Assembly: GCA_051003195.1 (NCBI GenBank)
Contig: JBPCLP010000047.1
Coordinates: 1 to 64,000 of the forward strand
Direction of reading: 5' to 3'
Origin: Candidatus Sumerlaeaceae bacterium
GTDB taxonomy: Bacteria > Sumerlaeota > Sumerlaeia > Sumerlaeales > Sumerlaeaceae
Length of the DNA: 64,000 bases
The translations under genes and the position numbers were made by a program. The notes under the pieces were generated by a model. The model saw only the letters and a list, made by a program, of their open reading frames with translations, searched no databases and had not been told where the DNA came from. Position 1 is the first letter of the stretch; each line of letters starts with the position of its first letter. Positions 38,613 through 48,008 of the stretch are shown here, piece after piece.

Positions 38613-38645
38613 ATCCGTGAAATCCGTGTCATCCGTGGTAAAATC
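38613..38645 (+). repeat. 9-bp-period short tandem repeat (ATCCGTG core)
   Basis: atccgtgaa-atccgtgtc-atccgtggt-aaaatcc. Confidence 0.7.
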
Positions 38646-38879
38646 CAGTCCTTCTTGCCACCCAGCCCTACGCAACGCCCAAGGCAGCTCGCAGCAACAT
38701 TACCCCGTGCTAAGGGTCTGTCAGGGAAGTGACAGCCCATTTTTCGCCTGCTACCAACAGCGTCAGTTCTTTGAAAATCGACTTCGAACAGTACTCTGCA
38801 AGCCCATCGCAACCCACAGGTAAAGCAAACGCCATCCGGGATTCCAGCGACGCACTCCGCACTGAATCTCTGGCGAGTA

Positions 38880-38914
38880 GCTATTCAAGTGGCGAAATTC
38901 CATGCACTTGAATA
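38880..38914. repeat. Palindromic element, copy 1 (see 62770)
   Basis: TATTCAAGTG-N13-CACTTGAATA perfect 10-bp inverted repeat. Confidence 0.7.
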
Positions 38915-39042
38915 TTAACTCACATAATATCAGCGGCTCGCCGCAAACTTGAATACGAATTTGTACACTTGAAACCAGACCCCGCACCTTGCCGGACCAC
39001 CGTCTCGTTCATTGACAACTCTGCGACCCATATCCGGAATAC

Positions 39043-39078
39043 AAAAAAAATCCCCCGGGCGAGTGACGCCCGGAGGAT
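39043..39078 (-). terminator. Rho-independent terminator for 39167..39436
   Basis: atcccccgggcg/cgcccggaggat stem with A8 on plus (U-tract on minus). Confidence 0.7.
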
Positions 39079-39166
39079 CCAATCATTTTGCCATCGGCAC
39101 TGCCGCGCCTGCAAGCTTACTGCAGCTAGCGCCTCGCGGAGTTTCTATCCATGAAGACCACCTCCG

Positions 39167-39436
39167 CTACGCGTCCCCCTGTTGACGCTTACGCAGCTTC
39201 TCCAGGGCCAACTTCGTTTTCTTCAGCGAATCCGCGATCTTTCTCAGGCTGTCTACGCTCATCTCGGATTGCCCCTGTACCTGGCGGCTCTCCCGCGCCT
39301 GCATGCACAACTCGTCCAGAATCTTCCTGTCTGCTTTATTTCCATATTCACCCACCACGCCGAGAAGGCGTGCACAGGCTAGTTCGGCTGTTTCGACAAG
39401 CATCCGGTTGCTTCTTGGTAAACTGAACTCATACAT
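39167..39436 (-). CDS. Hypothetical small helical protein (89 aa)
   Basis: GGAGG RBS before ATG 39436; downstream terminator. Confidence 0.6.
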   Translation of the reverse strand: MYEFSLPRSNRMLVETAELACARLLGVVGEYGNKADRKILDELCMQARESRQVQGQSEMSVDSLRKIADSLKKTKLALEKLRKRQQGDA

Positions 39437-39699
39437 CGGGTGCTGACCTCCAGTTGAATATCTGCGAACTCTATAAGGCAAGATAGGGGCCAAGTTGCAG
39501 CAACACACCTATCCCATTACACCTGCACAGCTTACATCACCTGCACCATCGCCCGACACCTGCGTTTGGGCCGAACCCATCCAGGTTCCACATCCCGTCA
39601 TGCGCGAACTTTCAACATTACACCTCGGGTCAGCCGGCGACATCCACCTCGCCACCAAATCCTCACAACCTCTGGTGTAACACCAGAAAACAACACGCC

Positions 39700-39728
39700 T
39701 GTGGAAAAGTCACCCTCCCTGTGGATAA
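39700..39728. promoter_or_regulatory. Two DnaA-box-like 9-mers
   Basis: TGTGGAAAA (39700-39708, 1 mismatch) and TGTGGATAA (39720-39728, perfect). Confidence 0.35.
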
Positions 39729-39896
39729 CATTGCAAGTAAAAAGTCACCCTTCCCCGACGTTCATTTCATGCAGCACTGCATCTGAACAACTTATATATT
39801 TCTCAAAGCCATCTTCCCCTAAACCTCGGTACTTCGCAAACAGCCAGTCATCAGTACCGCGACTGCTACGGAGCGACAAACCGCCCCAGCTCGCAA

Positions 39897-40003
39897 AGTA
39901 CTCCGCAATCCGCACTCAAAAGTACTCCGCACTCCGCAATCCCGCCTTCGAAAGTACTCCGCACTCCGCAATCCGCAATCCGCATTCGAAAGCTCCGCAA
40001 TCC
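39897..40003 (+). repeat. ACTCCGC/AATCCGC heptamer repeat cluster with aaagt linkers
   Basis: tactccgcaatccgcactcaaaagtactccgcactccgcaatcc... Confidence 0.85.
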
Positions 40004-40066
40004 TTTTGAACAAACTCCGTCCATCAGCATACTGTATCCCGCTCAAAACAGAAGAGGTGTGAACGA

Positions 40067-40354
40067 ATGGCAGTTAAAATCCGCCTGGCCCGTGTTGGCC
40101 GGCGCAAGAGTCCCGCATATCGCGTCGTCGTCGCCGATTCCCACAAGCCACGCGATGGCCGCTTTATCGAGATTCTAGGCTTTTACCAGCCTGTCGGCGA
40201 AACCAAGATCCAGGTCGACGCCGAAAAAGCCGTCAAATGGCTCAAGGTTGGCGCCCAGCCCAGCGATACCGTTCGTTCCATATTCCGCAAGCAGGGCATC
40301 CTTAAAGCCTTTCACGAAGCCCGCAAGCCACAGCCCGCTACCACCAAAGCCTGA
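40067..40354 (+). CDS. rpsP: 30S ribosomal protein S16
   Basis: [37 protein letters not shown]. Confidence 0.98.
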   Translation: MAVKIRLARVGRRKSPAYRVVVADSHKPRDGRFIEILGFYQPVGETKIQVDAEKAVKWLKVGAQPSDTVRSIFRKQGILKAFHEARKPQPATTKA

Positions 40355-40460
40355 TCTGTATCAATTTAGTTGCACGTCGCGGTTTATAGCCGCTATAGCT
40401 CTATCCTGTAAGTTGCCTTGTTGTCTGTTGGTTTAACGTTCTCGCGGAGACAGCGGTTAG

Positions 40461-40718
40461 ATGAGCACACCCACCGAAGGCCAGGTCATGAGAGACCTGG
40501 TTCAGTACATCTCAGAAGCGCTAGTAGATAAGCCTGAAGACGTGAAGGTCAACGTCGTCGAAGGCGAAAACTCCATTATTCTCGAGCTGAAAGTTGCCTC
40601 GGACGACGTCGGTAAAGTCATCGGCAAGGGTGGCCAGACCGCTAAAGCAATGCGCAAAATTCTCAGCGCCGCCGCCACGAAATTAAAAAAGAAATCTCTT
40701 CTCCAGATCGTGGAATAA
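40461..40718 (+). CDS. khpA: KH-domain RNA-binding protein KhpA
   Basis: LVDKPEDV..DDVGKVIGKGGQTAKAMR; rpsP-KH-rimM context. Confidence 0.92.
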   Translation: MSTPTEGQVMRDLVQYISEALVDKPEDVKVNVVEGENSIILELKVASDDVGKVIGKGGQTAKAMRKILSAAATKLKKKSLLQIVE

Positions 40719-40757
40719 CCCCGCCCGGTTCAACGGGGCGCTTTTGTTTAAGGTATC

Positions 40758-41300
40758 GTGGACCAGCCTGACGACCTCATCCTTATCGGCCGCATCACCA
40801 AGCCGCAGGGCAACCGCGGCGCCGTGCGCATGTTGCCCGAATTCGAGCCCCTCGAGCACTTCGAAGGCCTCAAAACCAGCGAGCTGCTCCTTCGGCCGAC
40901 CGCCCGCTCACCATTGGGCGCTGCCGAGCAGCAGGTCCACGTCGAAGGCTACTTCCTGCACGGCCAGTTTGTCATCCTCGAACTCGAAGAAGCGCCCGAC
41001 ATGAACGCGGCCGAGCGCCTGCGCGAAATGGAAGTCTACGTCCCGCGCGCCCAGCTTTGGGACCTTGAGCCGGGGCACTTCCTGGCCCATGAGCTCGAAG
41101 GCTTCGAGGTCAAAGATCGCGACAGTGTTGTCGGCACGGTCAAAGGTATCCACCCAGGCTCCGGTCACGACTTCATCATCGTTCGCACCGCCGCCAACCG
41201 GGAATTCCTCATCCCCTTTGCCAAAACCGTGGTAAAAGAAGTCGACACAAACACCAGAACGATCCACGTGGAAATGCCCCCCGGCCTCGACGAGCTTTGA
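40758..41300 (+). CDS. rimM: Ribosome maturation factor RimM
   Basis: IGRITKPQGNRGAV, AAERLR, ELEG, LIPF..V..VD..I. Confidence 0.92.
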   Translation: MDQPDDLILIGRITKPQGNRGAVRMLPEFEPLEHFEGLKTSELLLRPTARSPLGAAEQQVHVEGYFLHGQFVILELEEAPDMNAAERLREMEVYVPRAQLWDLEPGHFLAHELEGFEVKDRDSVVGTVKGIHPGSGHDFIIVRTAANREFLIPFAKTVVKEVDTNTRTIHVEMPPGLDEL

Positions 41301-41301
41301 T

Positions 41302-41427
41302 ATCATCTATCTTGCCGGCGTGCTCCTGCGCCCGGCTGGTCCGCCGCACTCCTATGCGGCTAAGATCATCTCTCTTGCCGGCGTGCTCCTGCGCCCGGCT
41401 GGTCCGCCGCACTCCTGTGTGGCTCAG
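41302..41427. repeat. 63-bp tandem duplication between convergent genes
   Basis: atcatct.tcttgccggcgtgctcctgcgcccggctggtccgccgcactcct.tg.ggct.ag at 41302 and 41365. Confidence 0.9.
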
Positions 41428-41816
41428 ATGATCATGCGTGCTACAAAAGCCTCGTCCGCGTCCTGCTCGCTCTCCAGCGTCTCGTCAAACAGGTATTCGG
41501 CGTCCGGCCGCATTCGCGCATACTTCCACGCACGCTGGCGTACCGGGTGCACCTTCTCCTCAACCGCGGGCCTCAGCAGGTTGTATAAAAACAATCCAAG
41601 CCCCACCGAGAACATATAGATCACCGCCACCCCGAAAATCACCATACCCACCAGGCTGATCGGGTTGCGTGCCTCTTCGCCTTGCGCAAAGGGTGGCCAG
41701 TAGCCGAACATCAGGATCGCACCCAGCGCCAGCACAATGATACCCTCAAGGTACAACACGCCGCCCACATAGGCGCGAATGCTAAACTCGCGAGGACCTC
41801 GCATTACCTGGGGCAT
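41424..41816 (-). CDS. Hypothetical two-TM membrane protein
   Basis: Two hydrophobic helices; starts 3 bp after the metG stop. Confidence 0.65.
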   Translation of the reverse strand: MPQVMRGPREFSIRAYVGGVLYLEGIIVLALGAILMFGYWPPFAQGEEARNPISLVGMVIFGVAVIYMFSVGLGLFLYNLLRPAVEEKVHPVRQRAWKYARMRPDAEYLFDETLESEQDADEAFVARMII

Positions 41817-41819
41817 CCG

Positions 41820-43652
41820 CTACTTCCGCGCGTCTTCCGTCTTCGGAAACAGGTTCTCGCCGCGCTGTACCCGCACGTCATCAAGGTAACCCCAATGGCG
41901 CAATGCTTCGAACGGCGTTTCCTCGAGAGATCCTTTGGCTCCAAGCTGCTCCCAGATGCGAACCGACGTTGACGGGATAAACGGATACAGCTGAGTCGCG
42001 ATGACCCGCAGTCCCTCGCACAGCACGTAAAGGATAGCCTTAAGCTCGCCCGACTTATCCGGATCCTTTGCCAGCGTGAAAGGCTTCTGCTCCGTGATAT
42101 AAAGGTTCAGCCGCTGCACGCCCGCGAAAATGCGCTCCAGCAGAAAATTAAACCGGCAATCGTCAATCAGCTGCTCATACAACGTGCGAACCCCCGCCGG
42201 GTGGCTGGGGTTTATCACCACGCTATCGTTCGGCAGCTCTGCCCGCTGGAAGAGCGATGTCAGCGTGTCGCGCACAGCATCGTCTTCCGTACTATACACC
42301 GCCGGCTGGACCACCATGCCGCTCTGGTATTTCTCTACCATCGTCAGCGTGCGGCTCAGCAGGTTCCCCAGTTTGTCCGCCAGGTCGGCGTTGTAGCGCG
42401 ATTCCAGTGCCTCGTCCGTATAGATGCCATCGCCGCCAAAGTCGATTTCGCGCATCAGAAAGTAGCGCAACGGGTCGGGGTTTCCACCGTAACGCTGCAC
42501 AAGCACGCGCGGATCGACGACATTGCCTTTCGACTTCGACATCTTCGCCAGCTTGAGCACACGTGTGCCAAATTTCTCCAGGATCGCCTGCGTTATGCCG
42601 TCCGTTGAATAGCCATTGTGGCTTTCGACAGAACCCAGATGCTCCTGCCCGTCGTACACCTCTGCCATCACGCCTCGATGCGCCGTGTCCGTATCCACCT
42701 TGCTGATTTCATAGCGGATGGTATCCCGCAACTCGGCCTTTCCGCCATCTTCAACCACGGTGCGCGGGCTGACGAACCCGTGACCGAACACCCGGCGCGG
42801 CGGCTCGATTCCTGCCGACATGCACATCGCCGGCCATAGCAGTGTGTGGAACTTAAAGATGTCCTTGCCGACAATGTGTATGTCGGCCGGCCACCAATTC
42901 AGGAACCGTTCCGGATCGGTGCCATATCCCACACCCGTGATGTAGTTGATCAAAGCATCGAACCAGACGTATACCACGTGATCAGGATCATCAGGCACCG
43001 GCACGCCCCATTTCATGGTGGAGCGCGAGATCGAGATATCCTGTAATCCCGGACGCAGGAACGAGTTCACCATCTCATTTGCGCGAAACTTCGGCAGGAT
43101 AGACTCCGGATGCTCGTTTACCCAGCGCGTCATTGCATCCTGGTATTTACTCCAGCGGAAGAAATAGCTCTCCTCGCTTTTCCAGGTAAGTTCGCTGCCG
43201 CATTCCGGGCACAGCTTGCGCCCGTCCGGCTCCAGCTTAACCTGGCTCTCCAGCACAAAGTTTTCATCCGTTACGCAGTACCAGCCCTCGTACTTGCCTT
43301 TATAGATGTCACCGGCAGCCTTACAGGCATTCCAGAAACGTGCGACGGCTTCGCCGTGGTCTTCGTCCGTCGTCCGAATAAAGCGGTCGAACGAGACATG
43401 CAGCGTTCTCCAAAGATCCTCATGCCGCGGCGATATTTCGTTGGCGTATTCACGCGGCGGTTTACCAGCACGTTCGGCGTACTCCAGCATCTTCTGCCCA
43501 TGCTCGTCCGTTCCGGTCTGGAAATAGACCTCATAACCAAGCATTCGCTTGGCACGGGCAATCACGTCCGTCCCGATCAATTCAAAGGTATGTCCCACAT
43601 GCGGTTCCGCGTTCGCGTACGGGATTGCTGTCGTCACATAAAACCGTTTCAT
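41820..43652 (-). CDS. metG: Methionine--tRNA ligase (no C-terminal tRNA-binding appendix; large insertion before KMSKS)
   Basis: YVTTAIPYAN..PHVGH, TGTDEHGQK, YVWFDALINY, GKDIFKFH, KMSKS. Confidence 0.96.
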   Translation of the reverse strand: MKRFYVTTAIPYANAEPHVGHTFELIGTDVIARAKRMLGYEVYFQTGTDEHGQKMLEYAERAGKPPREYANEISPRHEDLWRTLHVSFDRFIRTTDEDHGEAVARFWNACKAAGDIYKGKYEGWYCVTDENFVLESQVKLEPDGRKLCPECGSELTWKSEESYFFRWSKYQDAMTRWVNEHPESILPKFRANEMVNSFLRPGLQDISISRSTMKWGVPVPDDPDHVVYVWFDALINYITGVGYGTDPERFLNWWPADIHIVGKDIFKFHTLLWPAMCMSAGIEPPRRVFGHGFVSPRTVVEDGGKAELRDTIRYEISKVDTDTAHRGVMAEVYDGQEHLGSVESHNGYSTDGITQAILEKFGTRVLKLAKMSKSKGNVVDPRVLVQRYGGNPDPLRYFLMREIDFGGDGIYTDEALESRYNADLADKLGNLLSRTLTMVEKYQSGMVVQPAVYSTEDDAVRDTLTSLFQRAELPNDSVVINPSHPAGVRTLYEQLIDDCRFNFLLERIFAGVQRLNLYITEQKPFTLAKDPDKSGELKAILYVLCEGLRVIATQLYPFIPSTSVRIWEQLGAKGSLEETPFEALRHWGYLDDVRVQRGENLFPKTEDARK

Positions 43653-43715
43653 GCAGTACAGAAGGGGAGTGAGCAGCACGCAGATGCCAGCAAAAAGACG
43701 CGTCTGGCAATCGCG

Positions 43716-44810
43716 TCAGCCGGCAAATTGCGCCGAACCCCTTTCCAGTCCGTGCAACTCGTCCCTCAGCCTGCCTGATTCCTCAAGCTCAACAAAGGCG
43801 TCCACCACAAGGGGGTCAAAATGCAATCCTGTTTCCGCGCGGATTTCCCGAAGTGACTCTTTACGCGGCCATGCCGGCTTGTATGGGCGTTGATGCGTAA
43901 AGGCGTCGTAGACGTCGGCAACTGCGACGATACGCCCAGCCAGCGGAATCGCTTCACCCGAAAGCATGGCGGGGTACCCGGTGCCGTCCCATCGCTCATG
44001 ATGAGTTGCAGCAATTTCCTCTGCCGACTTGAGAAGCGGGAAATCGCCGTTCCCATCGCCGGTCAACAGGCGTGGTCCATAAACCGTGTGGGTCTTCATC
44101 ACTTCGAATTCTTCTGTTGTCAGCCTGGCGGGCTTGCGCAGTATGACCTCAGGCACAGCAAGCTTACCCACATCGTGCAGCGGCGCAGCCTGCCGTATCG
44201 TCCGCACCTCGCCCTCGGGCAGTCCGAGCGTTTCCGCAATAAGCGCCGATACCATTCCCACTCGAGCGGTGTGCTGGCCGGTCAGGTCGTCGCGCAACTC
44301 GGCCGCCGCCGCGAGGCGCTCCAGGAACTCCATTTGCGCAAGCATCAGTTCCCTTGTACGCTCCTGCACCCGCTCCTCCAGCCTTTGATTCTCCTCCTGC
44401 ACTTCGCGGTGCAAAAAGTGCAGTTCCAAAAGGCTGTTGATCCTCAGCAGCAGTTCTTCGTGGTCAAACGGTTTGCTTACGAAATCGGACGCACCGGCCC
44501 GCAATGCATCGTAGCGGGACGTACGACGCGGATCAGCCGTCAGTACCAGGACCGGCAAATCGTGACCTGTCCCAGCCCACGCACGAACCTCCTTTAGAAT
44601 GTCGAGGCCGCTGCGCTGAGGCAGTTGCCAATCCAGCACAATCAGGTCCGGTTTACAGGAAAGACATAAGTCCAGTACGTGATGCTCGTCGGGGGCCACC
44701 TGCACATTCTCGAAGCTTTCGTGATGTAGCACGCTTTTTAACAGGAGCAGATGATTTTCGTCATCCTCAACGAGGAGAATGCGCGCGTCTTTAATCTGCT
44801 TTTCGTCCAT
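43716..44810 (-). CDS. Response regulator with HD-GYP c-di-GMP phosphodiesterase (RpfG-like)
   Basis: Receiver [37 protein letters not shown]. Confidence 0.93.
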   Translation of the reverse strand: MDEKQIKDARILLVEDDENHLLLLKSVLHHESFENVQVAPDEHHVLDLCLSCKPDLIVLDWQLPQRSGLDILKEVRAWAGTGHDLPVLVLTADPRRTSRYDALRAGASDFVSKPFDHEELLLRINSLLELHFLHREVQEENQRLEERVQERTRELMLAQMEFLERLAAAAELRDDLTGQHTARVGMVSALIAETLGLPEGEVRTIRQAAPLHDVGKLAVPEVILRKPARLTTEEFEVMKTHTVYGPRLLTGDGNGDFPLLKSAEEIAATHHERWDGTGYPAMLSGEAIPLAGRIVAVADVYDAFTHQRPYKPAWPRKESLREIRAETGLHFDPLVVDAFVELEESGRLRDELHGLERGSAQFAG

Positions 44811-44897
44811 TGCTAGACCTGCAGCCCTGTTACGAAGCGACGATGGGGCCAAACAAACGGAACTTTTTACAAACTGGGTTACTTGTTCATCGTGGAA

Positions 44898-46127
44898 TCA
44901 ACCAGCGCTCAGGCGTGTGACCTCGTTCTTTTCGGCGATCACGCGTAATAACTCCTGGATGTGCTCCTCGCCCCGGGTTTCCAATGTCAGGTCGATCGCG
45001 GTTTCACCGACCGCCGCGGTCGAAAACGCGCGCTCGTGCTGGATATCGAGAATATTGGCGCATTGCTGTGCGATCAGGTCAAGGATACGCGAAAGCTGTC
45101 CCGGCACATCGGGCACCCGCACGCGCAAACGAACCAGGCGAGCGTCACGGACCAGCCCTTTGTCGATAATACGCGAAAGCCGGTTTACATCGATGTTGCC
45201 TCCGCTGAGCACGACCGCCACACGCTTACCAACCAGTCCCGAAATACGGCCATTCATCATGGCCGCCACGCCGGCCGCCCCCGCTGCTTCGACAACTGCC
45301 TTCTCGCGCTCGATCAACAGCAGCACTGCCGCAGCCATTTCTTCATCACTCACCGTGATGAGATCGTCCATGTAATGTTGCGCAATCTCCAAGCAAAGCT
45401 GTCCGACCCGTCGAACAGCAATACCATTTGCAATCGTGGGTTTCCCTTCAATTGTTACAACGTGTCCCGCTTCAAGTGCGGCCGTCATGCTCGGCACTGC
45501 AGCAGCTTCAACTCCGATAACCCGGATGGATGGATTGCTTTCCTTAGCCGCAATAGCAATTCCCGCAAGCAGCCCCCCACCGCCCACCGGAACCACGATG
45601 CAGTCCACATCGCGGCACTGGTCCAGAATTTCGAGGCCTGCTGTACCCTGCCCGGCAACGATTTCGTCGTCGTCGAAACCGTGGATAAACGTGAGCGCAC
45701 GCTCGTCCGATAGTTCCCGCGCGTATGCCAGTGCCTCGTCGTAGTTTGCCCCGTGCAACAGCACGTCGGCGCCGTCCTCGCGCGTGTTCTTCACTTTGAT
45801 CAACGGCGCGTTCGTGGGCATTACAATCGTGCAGGCCACACCCAGAAGATTCGCATGGTGCGCCAGCGCCTGCGCGTGGTTGCCAGCCGATGCCGCAATG
45901 ACGCCGCATTGCTTTTCCTTATCGTTCAACAGCAGCAGCTTATTCAGTGCGCCGCGTTCCTTGAACGATCCGGTCGTCTGCAGCATCTCCAGCTTGAAGT
46001 GCACCGCACAACCCCACTCGCGGCACAGCGCGTCCGAGCTGGCTATCGGCGTCGGAACAAGTAATGGCGCAATTCGCGCAGCCGCTGCGCGTATATCCTT
46101 TATGTTTACCGCCAGGTTACCTGCCAT
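44898..46127 (-). CDS. ilvA: Threonine ammonia-lyase with C-terminal ACT domain
   Basis: GSFKERGA (PLP Lys), ASAGNHAQ, PVGGGGL, SGGNID, PDVPGQL. Confidence 0.93.
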   Translation of the reverse strand: MAGNLAVNIKDIRAAAARIAPLLVPTPIASSDALCREWGCAVHFKLEMLQTTGSFKERGALNKLLLLNDKEKQCGVIAASAGNHAQALAHHANLLGVACTIVMPTNAPLIKVKNTREDGADVLLHGANYDEALAYARELSDERALTFIHGFDDDEIVAGQGTAGLEILDQCRDVDCIVVPVGGGGLLAGIAIAAKESNPSIRVIGVEAAAVPSMTAALEAGHVVTIEGKPTIANGIAVRRVGQLCLEIAQHYMDDLITVSDEEMAAAVLLLIEREKAVVEAAGAAGVAAMMNGRISGLVGKRVAVVLSGGNIDVNRLSRIIDKGLVRDARLVRLRVRVPDVPGQLSRILDLIAQQCANILDIQHERAFSTAAVGETAIDLTLETRGEEHIQELLRVIAEKNEVTRLSAG

Positions 46128-46327
46128 AGCCGATTGGTTTCAAAAGAATGCGACGCGTAGTAAAGCTTCTAATCGAGTGGGGGTTCAGCCGCATATTAAA
46201 GCCCGCGCCTGTTCTGCGCATACCGGCTAAAGGGTCTCCAGCCTTGATTGCGAAATAGCATGTCATTTCTCAGGAACAAAATGCGCCGAAGCAAAAGCCT
46301 GTACTCCCGATTCATCCCGGGTGTCGG

Positions 46328-47053
46328 CTAGTAGCTGGCCTGCTCTTTAAGCCACTCCGTATGCTCCTGCCCGGTGCCGACAGTGAGAAAGCCTTTCATC
46401 CGGTAATGTGCCGGGCCGCAGAACTCAGCGCAGGCGATTTCGTATTTACCCGCGCGGGTCGGCGTGAACCACACGTCGATTGCGCTGCCGGGTATTGCAT
46501 CCTGCTTGAACCGGAACTCGGGCACAAAAAAACTGTGGATGACGTCTCTGGACCGCAGCGTCAGCCGAAGCGGTTTCCCGGTCACCAGGTGCATCTCGTT
46601 CAAGGTAATCATATCGTCTTTGCCATCCGGGTCGCCATCCACCCGCCCGAACGGATTCTGATCCGACACGCCTGCCGCGTCTGTTTTCCCGAAACGCCCA
46701 TCGGCTCCAGGATAGCGGACGTTCCATGCATATTGCTGCGCGAGCACCTCAACGTGCTGCGCGTTCGCGGGGAAGTTCTCCTGGTACCTTACCTTGGCCC
46801 ACAGGTCGCGGCTTGCGAATGCAAGCCACAGCAGAATCGCCGCGGGTATCACTGCCCATGCGACCTCCAGCGCTGGCCGGCCATGAAAATACGAGGCCGA
46901 CACGCCTCTGCGTTTGCGGTAATGGATAATCGCGAACAGAAGAAGTCCCTGCACGAGGAGGAATGCTCCGACGCTTATCCATAGGATTAAGTAAAAGAGA
47001 TGGTCAATCGGCGCAGCAAACGTCGACGCGGACGGGGGCAATCCGACGTTCAC
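46328..47053 (-). CDS. coxB: Cytochrome c oxidase subunit II (CuA)
   Basis: Two TM, LEVAWAVIP, QQYAW, DVIHSF, CAEFCGPAHYRM. Confidence 0.92.
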   Translation of the reverse strand: MNVGLPPSASTFAAPIDHLFYLILWISVGAFLLVQGLLLFAIIHYRKRRGVSASYFHGRPALEVAWAVIPAAILLWLAFASRDLWAKVRYQENFPANAQHVEVLAQQYAWNVRYPGADGRFGKTDAAGVSDQNPFGRVDGDPDGKDDMITLNEMHLVTGKPLRLTLRSRDVIHSFFVPEFRFKQDAIPGSAIDVWFTPTRAGKYEIACAEFCGPAHYRMKGFLTVGTGQEHTEWLKEQASY

Positions 47054-47062
47054 CTTCGGCAG

Positions 47063-47803
47063 TCAGTTCGCTGTCGGTGCGCCACCGGGGTCCTTATATG
47101 TAAATGTCGCGTCCCTTGCTTCGCCGTCACCGAGCTTCATGCTCTGCTCCTGGGCGCCGTACTTCTCGTGCCAGGCAGCAACAGTATACTCGCCGGGCGG
47201 CAGTCCTTTGAGCTCATACGTCCCATCGTCACCGGTAACCGCGAAAAACGGATGCTCGAAGACGCCCGCCCACGCAAGCATCCAGGGGTGGACGTCGCAT
47301 TTGATCGGGACCGGCAGTTCCGGTTTGGGAAACCTGGCGATACGCGGTGGCACCTTGTTGCTCGTCATAAACTCGTTAAACTTCGGGTTCACCTGTGACT
47401 TCGACTGGATGTTGTGAATCGTCGGGTCGCTATTGAGAATCTTCAGGTCCTGCCCGGCGCGCAACGCGAACACGTGCGGCTCGTACATGCACCCGCGCTG
47501 GTCCAGCACGGCAGGCTCCGCAGGCATGCCGTACGATTTGCCCGATGGCAAACCGCTTTTCACGTAAACGATTACATTCTTCAACGTGCTGTTGCGATTT
47601 ACGACGACATCCTGCCGCCGTGGCGGTTCGCCACCACGTGTCTCGGCGCAGGTCGGGTCGGCCGTGATTCGGATCTTAGCCATTTCAGGGGGCGTGCCGG
47701 AGAAGTTTACAGCGCCTCGGATAATACCAGTGTCTGCAGCAAAGAGGCCCGATGTTAAGACTCCAAGCCCGACGACCACAAGAAGATCTGTTTTATTAAG
47801 CAT
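47063..47803 (-). CDS. Secreted cupredoxin-like / carboxypeptidase-regulatory-domain protein typically adjacent to coxB
   Basis: DQRGCMYEPHV, NSDPTIHN, KCDVHPWM, LPPGEYTVAAWHE. Confidence 0.8.
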   Translation of the reverse strand: MLNKTDLLVVVGLGVLTSGLFAADTGIIRGAVNFSGTPPEMAKIRITADPTCAETRGGEPPRRQDVVVNRNSTLKNVIVYVKSGLPSGKSYGMPAEPAVLDQRGCMYEPHVFALRAGQDLKILNSDPTIHNIQSKSQVNPKFNEFMTSNKVPPRIARFPKPELPVPIKCDVHPWMLAWAGVFEHPFFAVTGDDGTYELKGLPPGEYTVAAWHEKYGAQEQSMKLGDGEARDATFTYKDPGGAPTAN

Positions 47804-48008
47804 ATGCGCGCAAGCTACACGTTCCGGCAGGTTTGTTTCGCCTAAAAATGTTCAGTTTTCTCGACGTCTATCTGTTCAGCCCGTGAAATATGCTGGCCTG
47901 TGCTTAAACCCCCGTACCCACCTTGCTGCCTGTATCAAGTGATCACGCTTTCTTGATTTGGCGACATGGCAATCCGGTTAAGTAGCGTATCTCAGGATTA
48001 TAAGTCCT

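Noticed and set aside
39897..40003. Possible CRISPR or tRNA-like array
   Set aside because: Irregular heptamer runs without unique spacers or a cloverleaf
42546..42773. Intein in metG
   Set aside because: Too short and lacks N-terminal C/S and C-terminal HN splice motifs
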